Part shown: positions 1-8,252 of the stretch, one piece after another
Numbering within the stretch: position 1 is the stretch's first letter
Layout: each line of letters opens with the position of its first letter
Source: Paraspadella gotoi
Lineage: Eukaryota; Animalia; Chaetognatha
DNA length: 13,490 nucleotides
Reading direction: 5' to 3'
NCBI GenBank assembly: GCA_051294375.1
Contig: JBJCIZ010000337.1
Span: forward strand, 22,630 to 36,119
The notes under the pieces: model-generated
What the model was told of the DNA's origin: nothing
What the model saw: only the letters and a program-made list of their open reading frames with translations
Databases searched by the model: none
Program-made: the position numbers and the translations under genes

Positions 1-1
1 G

Positions 2-337
2 GTCTGTGGTGACGGTTGCGGGTACGCCAAAGCGTGCGACCCAATTCTGAAGGAAGGCCGCAGCGATGGTTGACGTCGTTGTGTCCCGAAGAGGGATCGC
101 TTCCGGCCAGCGCGTAAAACGATCAATGCACGTTAGTAAGTGGGTGTGTCCATTAGAGGCAGGGAGTGGGCCTACAATATCGACATGAACGTGCTGAAAA
201 CGACGCTCGACCTGTGGGAATTGTTGAGGAGGAGCTTGGATGTGATGATGTATTTTTGCGCGCTGGCATTGAGTGCACATGCGGGTCCATTCCGCCATGT
301 GCGACGATGCTGAGGGCCAAACGAATCGACTTGTCAC
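2..337 (-). CDS. pol: Retrotransposon integrase fragment (end of zinc-binding domain and first part of the DDE core); partial, absent from the ORF track
   Basis: Manual translation gives an open frame: VTSRFVWPSASSHMAEWTRMCTQCQRAKIHHHIQAPPQQFPQVERRFQHVHVDIVGPLPASNGHTHLLTCIDRFTRWPEAIPLRDTTTSTIAAAFLQNWVARFGVPATVTTD. It contains CxxC, HVDIVGPLP (first D), IDRFTRWPEA and RFGVP..VTTD (second D). Confidence 0.97.
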   Translation of the reverse strand, partial: MTSRFVWPSASSHMAEWTRMCTQCQRAKIHHHIQAPPQQFPQVERRFQHVHVDIVGPLPASNGHTHLLTCIDRFTRWPEAIPLRDTTTSTIAAAFLQNWVARFGVPATVTTD

Positions 338-338
338 C

Positions 339-363
339 NNNNNNNNNNNNNNNNNNNNNNNNN
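339..363. other. Assembly gap (25 N)
   Basis: Run of 25 N. The flanks join directly on the minus strand (aca aaa ct|g gtg aca agt = TKLVTS), so the true gap is probably close to zero. Confidence 0.95.
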
Positions 364-950
364 AGTTTTGTGGAGACCTTCGAAGCGCGACATGTCCCAG
401 GGTGGAGACAAGGGTCTCGTGTCCTCGATAGCCGTCGTCAATAAAAACGCGCCGACGTCGACGCTCAATAGGTTCTGGCGATTAGTCTGGATACTGCCCG
501 CTAGCCCTGCCTTGCCTATTCACGTAGCCACTGCATGCGTCGACGTACCGCTGCCGACCTCTTGTCCTTTTTTACAATCGCAAGCTGTCTCAGCGGGTAT
601 GGGGCAGTCTTCTGGCGCGCAGCAATACGTAATCGGAGACGAGCTGCTGAACGATCTGCTCACGCTGTCTCGTGTCACTTGAATCACAAAATGCTCACTC
701 CATTATTTTTGAAATCAAACTTCCCTGTTAACTGTGCAACAGGCGCCCGCATGTTGCGACGCGCGAGGACTGTGGGCGCGATGGCGTGGGGAATGGAAGC
801 CGAGATCTGTTCACTGAGATGCGGCATGGCGAACGTAGCTCACGGCTTTCATTATATCTATATGGCAGGTGGAAAAAAGAAGACATGGAAACCCTGCTGA
901 TATACTAGACTCGACATACGCCATCTCCTTCGCTAATTGATCACAAACCT
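364..950 (-). pseudogene. Insertion-riddled copy of pol (RNase H end, linker, integrase HHCC start); probably raw long-read gap fill
   Basis: Colinear matches to 2655-2900, e.g. ccattatttttgaaatcaaacttccctgttaa (about 700-731) versus ccatttttttgaaatcaattccctgtaa (about 2793-2820), plus cgcaagctg, ggtatggg, ggagacg and tgaacg. The minus strand of 364-410 reads as a corrupted LSHPG.RAS.TKL. The right end is approximate. Confidence 0.8.
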
Positions 951-2879
951 GAAAGGCTTCGCCTGCACCCCGGTACTCTGTTACCGAGCGCGCCACGTAT
1001 GTCGATCTAAGCGGTCCTGACGATAAGATAACACTTATATATGTATAACCTCCAAACACTCTCCTAATCGGTCTATGTCATCACATCTATCCTAGCCACA
1101 CCTGCTACTCTACTAGCCAGGACGATCAATGTTACGCGGTAAGTTAATTTTTTAGAGAAACATTTATGATAATCTTTTCTGTTCACTAATTTTTGCACAC
1201 GAAATATATGACTCAATATTTAAACATCACTATAACTGCTCAACATGATATCAGTAAACTGAAAGAGCTCTTAATTAAGACCACCTCCCAACTTTCTCCG
1301 ACTTTTGGTTGAAAAAAGTTATAATCAAAATATATTATTTTTTCTTTAAAGACAGTCAATGCAATGGTGAGTCATTATTGTAGATATAATAAGATTTATA
1401 TTCTAAAAAAATGATGGATACCAAACAAGTTACTATTAGACAGTCTTCTTTCAATTCTAATTCCATAAATAAAATTTTTTCCTTCAAAGCATATAATATA
1501 GAGCGTACATCAGTCGCCAAAAAAATTTAAAAATATAAAAAACAAATTTTAAATCATTCATAATCATAAGCTTTACCCATTAAATGATTATATATAACTT
1601 TATACATAATACTATTATATTGGACTAGAACTATAGGATTGTGAACCTTCATATTTTGCAGCCTATAGCCAACTCTTTACGAAGAACTCATTTATTGAAC
1701 AATGCTCAGTGCAGCCGTACTACAAAGAAAGCCCTCAAAAAATCTTGTAAAAAAATGTAATTTTAAATTTATTTACAGTCGTAATATCTCGCGGTGCAAT
1801 ATATAACGTCTACTAATTTTAACGTCAAAATGATTATTCATTCAGCAGGCAAATTAAAGTAGTAAGGCCACATAATTACAACTCACATTTAAGTTCACTG
1901 TTATTATTTTATCCATAATGTTACTCCAGCCCGCACAACTATAATTTCAGCCAATTTTTCACCTAAAAACTTTTATACGTATCTTAGTTTTTGGTTCTTA
2001 CCATGCCTAACAAAGCTTACTAAAACAGGTAAAGGAAATATTGAATGATAAAATCTGTAAGCACAAAGACCTGTAAGAATGTTACGAATTTATATAACGG
2101 TAATTAAAATTTTTCTTCATAAAGATTCTACTAATGAAGATAACATGACAATAAAAAGAATAAAAAACATCTTAACTATATACTAAATTTAAAATATGAA
2201 GAATACAATAATGAATATAATTACAGGTTAGAATATTTTATTATTCTACTTCATGATTTCGTCATATATAAGTAAAAAGATAGCTCATATATTCTTAAAC
2301 CACTAATTATTAAAAGTTTTATTTAGTCTACTTGCAAAAGCGTCAGAAGCTAATTTTTAAAAAACATGTGTATATTATAAGAAAATCCATAGTTTCCTAC
2401 ACTCTTAATAAGCAAATACATAACAACATTCATACCGATAATCTTCAGACGTACCTATTGACGAGATGAATAAACTAGCTCGAACAAACCACCCATACTA
2501 TGACACATACTATAATGATAATCTATTTTATACACACATAATTATAACATGTAGTCAACTTAGCAAACCGATAAGGATACACAATTATTGACCACAACAA
2601 TAATCTGATATACACTGACCAAAACATTATTCACAACTTCTCTCTCTTCTTTTTGCACAAGTGGGCGGGATCTGCCGCTGCTTACATCACAGATGATGTC
2701 GACGCCGTCCACCTTTACCTTTTCAAAACGCAAGCTGGTATGGGCGTCGGCGAGGAGACGTTGAACGTCCGCGTCGTTTTTCTGATCCAATGCCATTTTT
2801 TTGAAATCAATTCCCTGTAAGGTGACGGCGTTGATGGTCGACCGGAGGGTGGGCGTGGCTGCGGGAGGAAGCATGCGTG

Positions 2880-3420
2880 AGAGGTTTGTCCCTGCGACGT
2901 TACGTCCATTTCCCCTCAATGTGGAGCGGACGGGGCTGCTCCGCTGTAATTTTGGTTATAGTTTCATTTTTGATTCACACGCTGATCGCCACGACCGCAA
3001 GAGATCTGATACGCTTTCGGCCTCATTAGTATGAGGTTCACGAACGTGTATTCCTCCGCTCGCATTGAGTTAGAACGAGTGTTCTCGTTATGATCTGAGT
3101 CAACTTTGAAGGTCGTTCCCCTTCTGGTATAACATGGTTTCTCGGAGAATCTCAGAGCGCTCTAAAATTCCAGCGCGAAAAAAGAGCCGTTTGCTTGACG
3201 TTCAGCTCGCGCTCTCTGTCGAACGGGCATGTGTTTCCTGATGTTGCTGCAAAGGGAGCGACGAGAAGAAGGGCTAAATGGTGGTTCCTATGTGCCCATT
3301 TGACCCGACTGCTGTCACACCACGGCAATCTTCGATATTGGCGATTAGAGACGTCGCTGAGCCAAGTATAGAGAACTCCGCGTCAATCGTAGCGTATCCT
3401 AACCCGGGTGTGGACGAGCA
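2880..3420 (-). pseudogene. RNase H domain of pol (very degraded)
   Basis: Preceded by LEWNDERNAAFNAAKKALASATMLVH. Corrupted remnants of PLAFFSRSL, PFDREL, EGRPF...DH and HIEGK.NV...LSR are visible in the expected order but need several indels. Confidence 0.75.
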
Positions 3421-3619
3421 TCGTTGCAGAAGCGAGAGCTTTCTTTGCAGCATTGAATGCTGCATTGCGTTCGTCGTTCCATTCCAATTGCTTTGGTTTT
3501 TCGCGAAGGGCGCTGTAGAGGGGCTCAAGGATGTCGGCCGCATGTTGGATGAAGCGCCTAATTAAGAACTCCGAGAAAACGTTGAAGGTCCTTGATGATT
3601 TCGCGTTGGAAATTTTCGA

Positions 3620-4300
3620 TATCATCACTCGATTGGGAAGAGGCATGACGCCATCGGCGTTGACATTATATCCAAGGAATTCAAGCGAAGAGGCGCCTGT
3701 CACATTTTGAGCGATTGACGATAAGGCCGTTACTCTCGAGAGCTTCAAAAACGCGTTCGAGTCCTCCAAGTGCTCGTCGAAGGATGTTGATGCGACAAGA
3801 ATGTCATCAAAGATAAACGAACACATGGGGAATTCCAGCAAGGATGACGTCCATCAATGCGCTGGAAGTCCTGTGCAGCATTTTTAGGCCAAAGGGCCTA
3901 AGGGTATTCGTAAAGGCCGAAGGGTGTAATGATGGCGGTCTTTTGGGATGTCTGCCTCGTGAACTGGGATTTGGTGGTAACCTTTGTAGCAGGTCGACTT
4001 CGAGAAAATGACTTTTCCGGATATTTCTGCGTTAAAGTCAGCAATAATGACGGATTGGATATCGGTCGTCTTTCGTCACGGCGTTGAGGCGTCTATATCA
4101 CCGCAAGGTCGTAGGCCGCCGTCGGCCTTTTTAACACATGCAAAGGTGATGCCCATGGGCTACGGCTTTTCGAATGATGCCGAGTTTTTCGAGTTTGTCG
4201 AATTCGCCTTGGCAGCAAGCGAGTTTTTCCGGGGCGAGGCGCCGCGCAGGCGCATGGATTGGTGGCCTTCGGTGAAATATGGTGTCAACACCATGGCGCG
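3620..4300 (-). pseudogene. Reverse transcriptase domain of pol (frameshifted)
   Basis: Motifs read across frames: RRLAPEKL, EFDKLEKLGIIR, SPWASPLHV, KKADGGLRPCGD, RRLNAVTKDDRYPI, KGYHQIPVHEADIP, KTAIITPFGLYEY, PFGLK, NAAQ.FQR and LEFLGY. gtt tat ctt (t)gat gac at 3818-3803 gives VYLDD after removing one T. Confidence 0.95.
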
Positions 4301-4439
4301 GCGGTTGATGGGTCGAAAGAAGGTGTCGTCAAATTCGGTCGTTTGTCTAAAAGTTGTGTAAGAATTGTGGACGGCGTTGACACGGAATGGTTGACCGGGT
4401 TTAACTTTCCCAGCGACGGTCGTGAAGTCCTGGCAGTCT

Positions 4440-4735
4440 ACCAAAACTTCAAGCTTTGGAAAAGGGCGAGGTTGTGGCCCATTAGGAAATCGTTTCCTAA
4501 AATGGGCGTGGCGACGTCCGCAACAGTAAATTCCCATTCAAAATTGCGTTTGCCAAGGCGGAGGATCATGGATCGTTTGCCATAGCAAGGAATGGGGTTC
4601 CATTCGCGGCGTGAGTGGCGTGCGATATTTCCGCTGAGTCGCTCTGAGTTGTTAGGGGAGACGAGGGGAAACACTGGCGCCAGTATCCACGAGCCACGTG
4701 AGATTGTTGCGGGCGTCGTAAACATGCAGAAGCGT
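4440..4735 (-). pseudogene. Aspartic protease domain of pol (frameshifted)
   Basis: LLHVYDARNNLTWLVDTGASVS with the catalytic DTG at 4687-4679, then in another frame PIPCYGKRSMILRLGKRNFEWEFTVADVATPILGNDFL (ILG.DFL motif). Confidence 0.92.
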
Positions 4736-4744
4736 CTCAATCTC

Positions 4745-4788
4745 GCCGGCGGCGGCGCTTTTTTCGGCCGCCGGCTTTCGCGTTTCCC
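4745..4788 (-). promoter_or_regulatory. Putative programmed -1 ribosomal frameshift signal between gag and pol
   Basis: G GGA AAC (4788-4782) phased to the gag codons, a 6-nt spacer, then a perfect 9-bp all-GC stem (4775-4767 pairing with 4753-4745). Confidence 0.75.
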
Positions 4789-4942
4789 ATAGCACAGGGA
4801 ACGCCTGGCCGGACCTCGCGACAGTTTCTGGCGCGGCTGCCAAACTCAGCAGTATCCAGCAAGTGTTTCCATCCATTTCAGTGGCGGCTGATGCTGGTCT
4901 GGGTGGAAAGGGGCGCTGACGTCGGCGCTGCTCAATCCGCTT
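4782..4942 (-). pseudogene. Gag C-terminal nucleocapsid segment with CHCC-type knuckle
   Basis: In frame with gag after the TGA: KRIEQRRRQRPFPPRPASAATEMDGNTCWI. Adding one base gives HAEFGSRARNCREVRPGVPCAMGN. Confidence 0.75.
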
Positions 4943-6091
4943 TCAGGGCCTTTGGCTGTTATTGACAGCACAGACCTCACGCAGGGGTCGATCAGGGTCT
5001 TCGTTCTCTTCCGCATCGCCGGAGATGGCGTTGATGGCGCCACTTGGCGTTGGTGGTTTGACAACAAGGCTGCCAGTCGCGTCGTAAAATGCATCCGCTG
5101 CGGCTGCGGCGTCATCGAGAGAATTGTTGTCGGTAAAAGCAATGGCGCGGACATGGGAAGGGAGGGCGTTAGCCAGGATCTCCTTGAAGACAACTTCCAT
5201 CTGAAGCTTGGAGAAGGCCGCGCGGATGATGGTTGCCAGCTGTGATGGGGTGCGTCCACTGAGCGTCATTGGCCGCAGCATCCGCTGGGCTAACTGCCTT
5301 GGTTTCTCGCCAAACAGTTTTATCAGCCTTGCGTAAACCTGCGCGTATGAGGGGCGATGACCGACTCGGTAAAAATCCTCAAAAAGCGGTTGATGTTCCG
5401 AGGGAAGGGTCGCGAAAATGTGGGACGCCATGGTGGCATCGTCGGTGACGTCAGCGGCGACAAACGCGGCGTCAACCCCAGCCAACCATATGAGAATGTT
5501 TTTTGAATCGAATGGAGGGAGTTTAGGCGTGCGAGCACGAGGGGGCGGATGCGGCGCCATCGGCGACGCGGATGTTGCATCTCGGCGCCGGCGCGGGTTG
5601 GGTCGTGCTCGGGGCGAATCGTCGCGAGGAGACGAAGGGTTAAAGAGTGGCGTCGCAAACGGCGGAGTGCGCGGAGTCCCAAGTGGGAATGACGCTGGCT
5701 CCTCAATTCTCACCCTTTTTGCCAGCGTCTGGCTTGAATCTCGGTCATCGGGAACGAGGCCGGCGTCGGCGGCGGAGCGGCGGAGAGAGGGACTCTGTCG
5801 CTTCTCAGTCTCCATCTGCGTCCCCGAAGGTCTCGACAATGCGGCCAGGGTGGCGTCGAGTGTGGACTGCAACGAAAGAACAAGGCCTCTGAGTTCGTTG
5901 ATACGGGCGTTGGTCGACTCGTTCTCGGCACGGATTTGTGCAAAACGGGCGCCAAGAGACGTTTGCCACGGGTTTGACGAATCCCGAGGCAGTGGGGCGC
6001 CGCCACCGACGTAACGAGAGGGCGACTGGCGCTGCGAGGCGCCCGGGCTAGGCGCGGAATCGTTGCGGTGGCGAGGACTGTTATACTCCAT
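4943..6091 (-). CDS. gag: Gag (capsid) protein, 382 aa as assembled; probably extends to about 4770
   Basis: Longest non-low-complexity ORF, with an ATG start, directly upstream of pol. KLPPFDSKNILIWLAGVDAAFVAADVTDDATM, Y..VYARLIKLFG, LSGRTPSQL, LPSHVRAI and SLDDAAAAADAFYD resemble Gag of CsRn1-like elements. Confidence 0.88.
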   Translation of the reverse strand: MEYNSPRHRNDSAPSPGASQRQSPSRYVGGGAPLPRDSSNPWQTSLGARFAQIRAENESTNARINELRGLVLSLQSTLDATLAALSRPSGTQMETEKRQSPSLRRSAADAGLVPDDRDSSQTLAKRVRIEEPASFPLGTPRTPPFATPLFNPSSPRDDSPRARPNPRRRRDATSASPMAPHPPPRARTPKLPPFDSKNILIWLAGVDAAFVAADVTDDATMASHIFATLPSEHQPLFEDFYRVGHRPSYAQVYARLIKLFGEKPRQLAQRMLRPMTLSGRTPSQLATIIRAAFSKLQMEVVFKEILANALPSHVRAIAFTDNNSLDDAAAAADAFYDATGSLVVKPPTPSGAINAISGDAEENEDPDRPLREVCAVNNSQRP

Positions 6092-6663
6092 TTCCGGTTA
6101 GATTATGCGTTAAAAACGTAAACGCAACTAAAAATGATGTCAACAAAGACAAAAACGAATAAAAGGTTGCAAAGAATTTTCAAAAGAAGCGTTGGGCAAT
6201 ACCAATTACGGAGACTCAAAAACGAGAATTTGTAGAAAAATTCGAGATGTGTTTTTTGTGAGAGAAGAAATACGTATATTTCCAAAAACAGAGAAAAAGG
6301 CAAAAAACGCTAAAAATTACAACAACAACAACTACGTATTTACATTGGCTGAAAAGGTCAGCCATAACAAGGTCATTCATTGTCGGATGTAATCCGGTCA
6401 TTCTTACAGACCACTACAGGTCACAAAGTACAAAGACTTCGTCGTCGTCTTCGTCGTTATATTCGTCGTCGTTTTTCAAATCATTTGAGTTCCCAAACCT
6501 TTGATTTTAATGAAAAAAAATCTTAAAAGTATAAGGATCTCGACAGACCTTACTATCAAAGAAAATTAATGAAACAGATATGAAAACAAAGAAAATGGAC
6601 AACGAGCATTTCAAACTTCCTCACTTGCCTCACTAATGGAACTATGATAACTAGATTACATTG

Positions 6664-6701
6664 TTCGGAGGCGTGGGGTTCGAAATCCACCGCTGCCACC
6701 A
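6664..6701 (+). tRNA. 3' fragment of tRNA-Leu (AAG/TAG type) including CCA; on the minus strand it is the putative primer-binding site TGGTGGCAGCGGTGG...; not a complete tRNA gene
   Basis: ttcggaggcgtggggttcgaaatccaccgctgccacca differs from the metazoan tRNA-Leu 3' end as I recall it (TTCGGAGGCGTGGGTTCGAATCCCACCGCTGCCA+CCA) only in homopolymer lengths. No 5' half is present. Orientation and position (about 570 nt upstream of gag) fit a PBS. Confidence 0.85.
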
Positions 6702-7419
6702 CATTTAAGGAAGAAACTCATAGATTTCCAGGTTGAAATCACTCAATTTTATTCTGAGAACATAAAGTGACGTGAAGACGCACCAGGAGTCGAATTCATT
6801 CTAGCTTGAACTAGGAAGAGAACTCAAGCATTATAACAAAAGATCAGGACAGAGGCAAGAGTGATTTTGACAATTCACAATGCGCATGATTGGTCGGTGT
6901 TGTTGCATCTTTCGGCCAATCAGCGTTTCCAATGGCGTTGGGATCGCCCGATCCTTCTGATCCGTTTTGGAATTTTGGGCGAGATTGATCTCCTGCGGAT
7001 GCCCATAACCGGAAAAAAAAATAGAAATTGTTTTTTTATTTTTGACATGATAGTCCATTCATTGATGCGATGATAACCATAGTAATTTATTATTGATTGA
7101 TTAATAGTAATTGATTGTAGTTATTGAATTAGCTATGTTTGATTGATGTTAATAAGTAATTGATCTGATTGATGTAATAGTAATTTTAATTGATGCGATG
7201 ATAATACAAAATTTGATGCAAGTGATAACCAAATGATTGATTGCGATGATAACCAAAATGATTTATGCAATGAATAGTCATCTCATTGACGCCGATGAGT
7301 CATTCATCGTAAATAAAACAAACAAAAACGCGTGTATGAGAGAGAGAAGAGAGGAGCAGTGTACGAACTTTGTTTACAAACATAAAAACATATTCTGACT
7401 AAATCTCAGACCCGTAACA
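6702..7419 (-). repeat. Candidate 5' LTR
   Basis: Lies immediately upstream of the PBS. Minus-strand AATAAA at 6753-6748, CCAAT boxes at 6889-6893, 6916-6920 and 6929-6933, and a possible TGTTACGG start at 7419. There is no clean terminal CA next to the PBS and no second LTR in the window. Confidence 0.4.
7048..7308. repeat. Degenerate minisatellite, unit about TTGATGCGATGATAACCAAAATGA, mixed with GATT/TAATAGTAAT subrepeats
   Basis: ttgatgcgatgataacca-like units near 7062, 7190, 7213, 7237 and 7262. Confidence 0.7.
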
Positions 7420-7468
7420 ATAAATCCTGAAAAAACTCGGATGTTAAATTTGCGGATTTTGTATTGAG

Positions 7469-8056
7469 AAAAAAGCGCGGAATAAATGGCGATAATAAAA
7501 GTTTTTAGGAAAAAATAATCAGAATTTTTCGAAAAAAACGCCACGCATCACGCAAAGAGAGATCCCGGACAGAGGAGAGAGACAGAGAGAGAGACACAAA
7601 TAGAGAGAGACAGAGGGAGAGAGACAGAGAGAGAACAGAAAAAGCTGGACAGCCGCTGCGACAGCCGGCTTCAGAGTCGTTCTTAGGAACGGAATCTGAA
7701 TAGGTGTCAAACTCCTTTTCCTTTTTCTATAAATAATATTAAAAAATTAAATATTTGGGGTAAAAGACAAAAATTAAGCAATTTTTTGTACATTGAAAGT
7801 ATAATTAAAAATGTATAATTTCGTTTGAGCAGGTTCTTCATTCTAAATTTTTGACTCACCCGATCATAGAGGGCTACCCCTATGCAGAGAAAAAAAAATA
7901 GAGAGAGGAGCGACAACATAATTAAAAGAGAGATGAGAGAGAAGCTGAACAGCCCCTTTACTCGTCCGAAAGCGCAAAGGACTCGGGTTCGCCGCCCTGC
8001 TGATTCATACAAAGAAAGCAATAAAAAAGTGAATAAAAATTTTTTTTTGTAAAAAA
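7469..8056 (+). repeat. Diverged direct repeat, copy 1
   Basis: Shares colinear blocks with 9277-10000: aaaagcgcggaataaa(t)tggcgataataaaagttttt, ggaatctgaatagg, taaatatttggg, tacattgaa, gtttgagca, gaggagcgaca..taattaaaagaga, tttactcgtc, gactcgggtt and attcataca. Confidence 0.85.
7555..7635. repeat. Imperfect (GA)n/(GAGACA)n microsatellite
   Basis: gagagagacagagagagagacac...gagagagacagagggagagagacagagagaga. Confidence 0.8.
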
Positions 8057-8104
8057 CAAATCTTGAGCAAACCAAATGTCGGATCTGTCCACGATCATTG
8101 TCGG

Positions 8105-8252
8105 CTAATTAATTAATTAATTTGATTAATTAATTTGATTAATATTTTGAACCCGATTAATGTTTGTTTTGATTTGATTTACTGATTTATTAAATTATGA
8201 TTAATTAATGACATAATTGATTAAGTAATGATTAATTATTGATTAATTAATA
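8105..8252. repeat. Imperfect (ATTA/GATT)n simple repeat
   Basis: taattaattaattaatttgattaattaatttgattaat...gattaattattgattaattaat. Confidence 0.8.

Larger units (their letters stand above)
2655..4790 (-). pseudogene. pol: pol polyprotein (protease, RT, RNase H, linker) with many frameshifts; decay or sequencing error
   Basis: Conserved motifs occur in order across changing frames (see the domain features). The segment ends in LSRML...INAVTLQGIDFKKMALDQKNDADVQRLL...IICDVSSGRSRPLV, the typical linker before integrase, then switches abruptly to AT-rich DNA. Confidence 0.93.
1..7419 (-). mobile_element. Ty3/Gypsy LTR retrotransposon, CsRn1/Kabuki-like, incomplete (3' end outside the window; interrupted at about 950-2655)
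   Basis: Minus-strand order is PBS, gag, protease, RT, RNase H, integrase (Gypsy order, integrase last). Gag has a KLPPF...W motif and a CHCC-type knuckle followed by GGGAAAC. The coding part is GC-rich against AT-rich flanks. The right boundary is only a candidate, and the 1-950 part may come from a different copy. Confidence 0.93.

Noticed and set aside
364-460. Minus-strand RPLSPPWD...FE resembling an integrase C-terminal GPY/F motif
   Set aside because: Position and colinearity fit a corrupted LSHPG.RAS.TKL that joins directly to VTSRFVWP across the gap.
1600-1930. Faint resemblance to mitochondrial cox3 (FFWAFF-like) or large rRNA words
   Set aside because: Matches are short, spacing and order do not fit, and AT-rich DNA gives such hits by chance.
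3803-3818. Apparent non-canonical RT active site FIFDD in the ORF track
   Set aside because: One extra T joins two frames; removing it gives canonical HVFVYLDDILVAS.
4008-6014. Plus-strand ORFs antisense to gag and pol, including the 198-aa ORF at 5418-6014
   Set aside because: Expected shadows of GC-rich coding DNA; no recognisable motifs.
6190-6428. Alternative LTR start (TGTAGTGG at 6418, minus) and weak PBS-like words near 6190-6204 and 6417-6428
   Set aside because: Only partial matches to tRNA-Trp or tRNA-Lys ends; far weaker than the tRNA-Leu match at 6664-6701.
6630-6701. Complete tRNA-Leu gene or prokaryotic att site
   Set aside because: No D arm, anticodon arm or 5' acceptor strand is present, and the context is a eukaryotic retrotransposon with no phage-type integrase.
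7048-7308. CRISPR-like array
   Set aside because: Units are degenerate and nearly adjacent, with no unique spacers of regular length and no cas genes.
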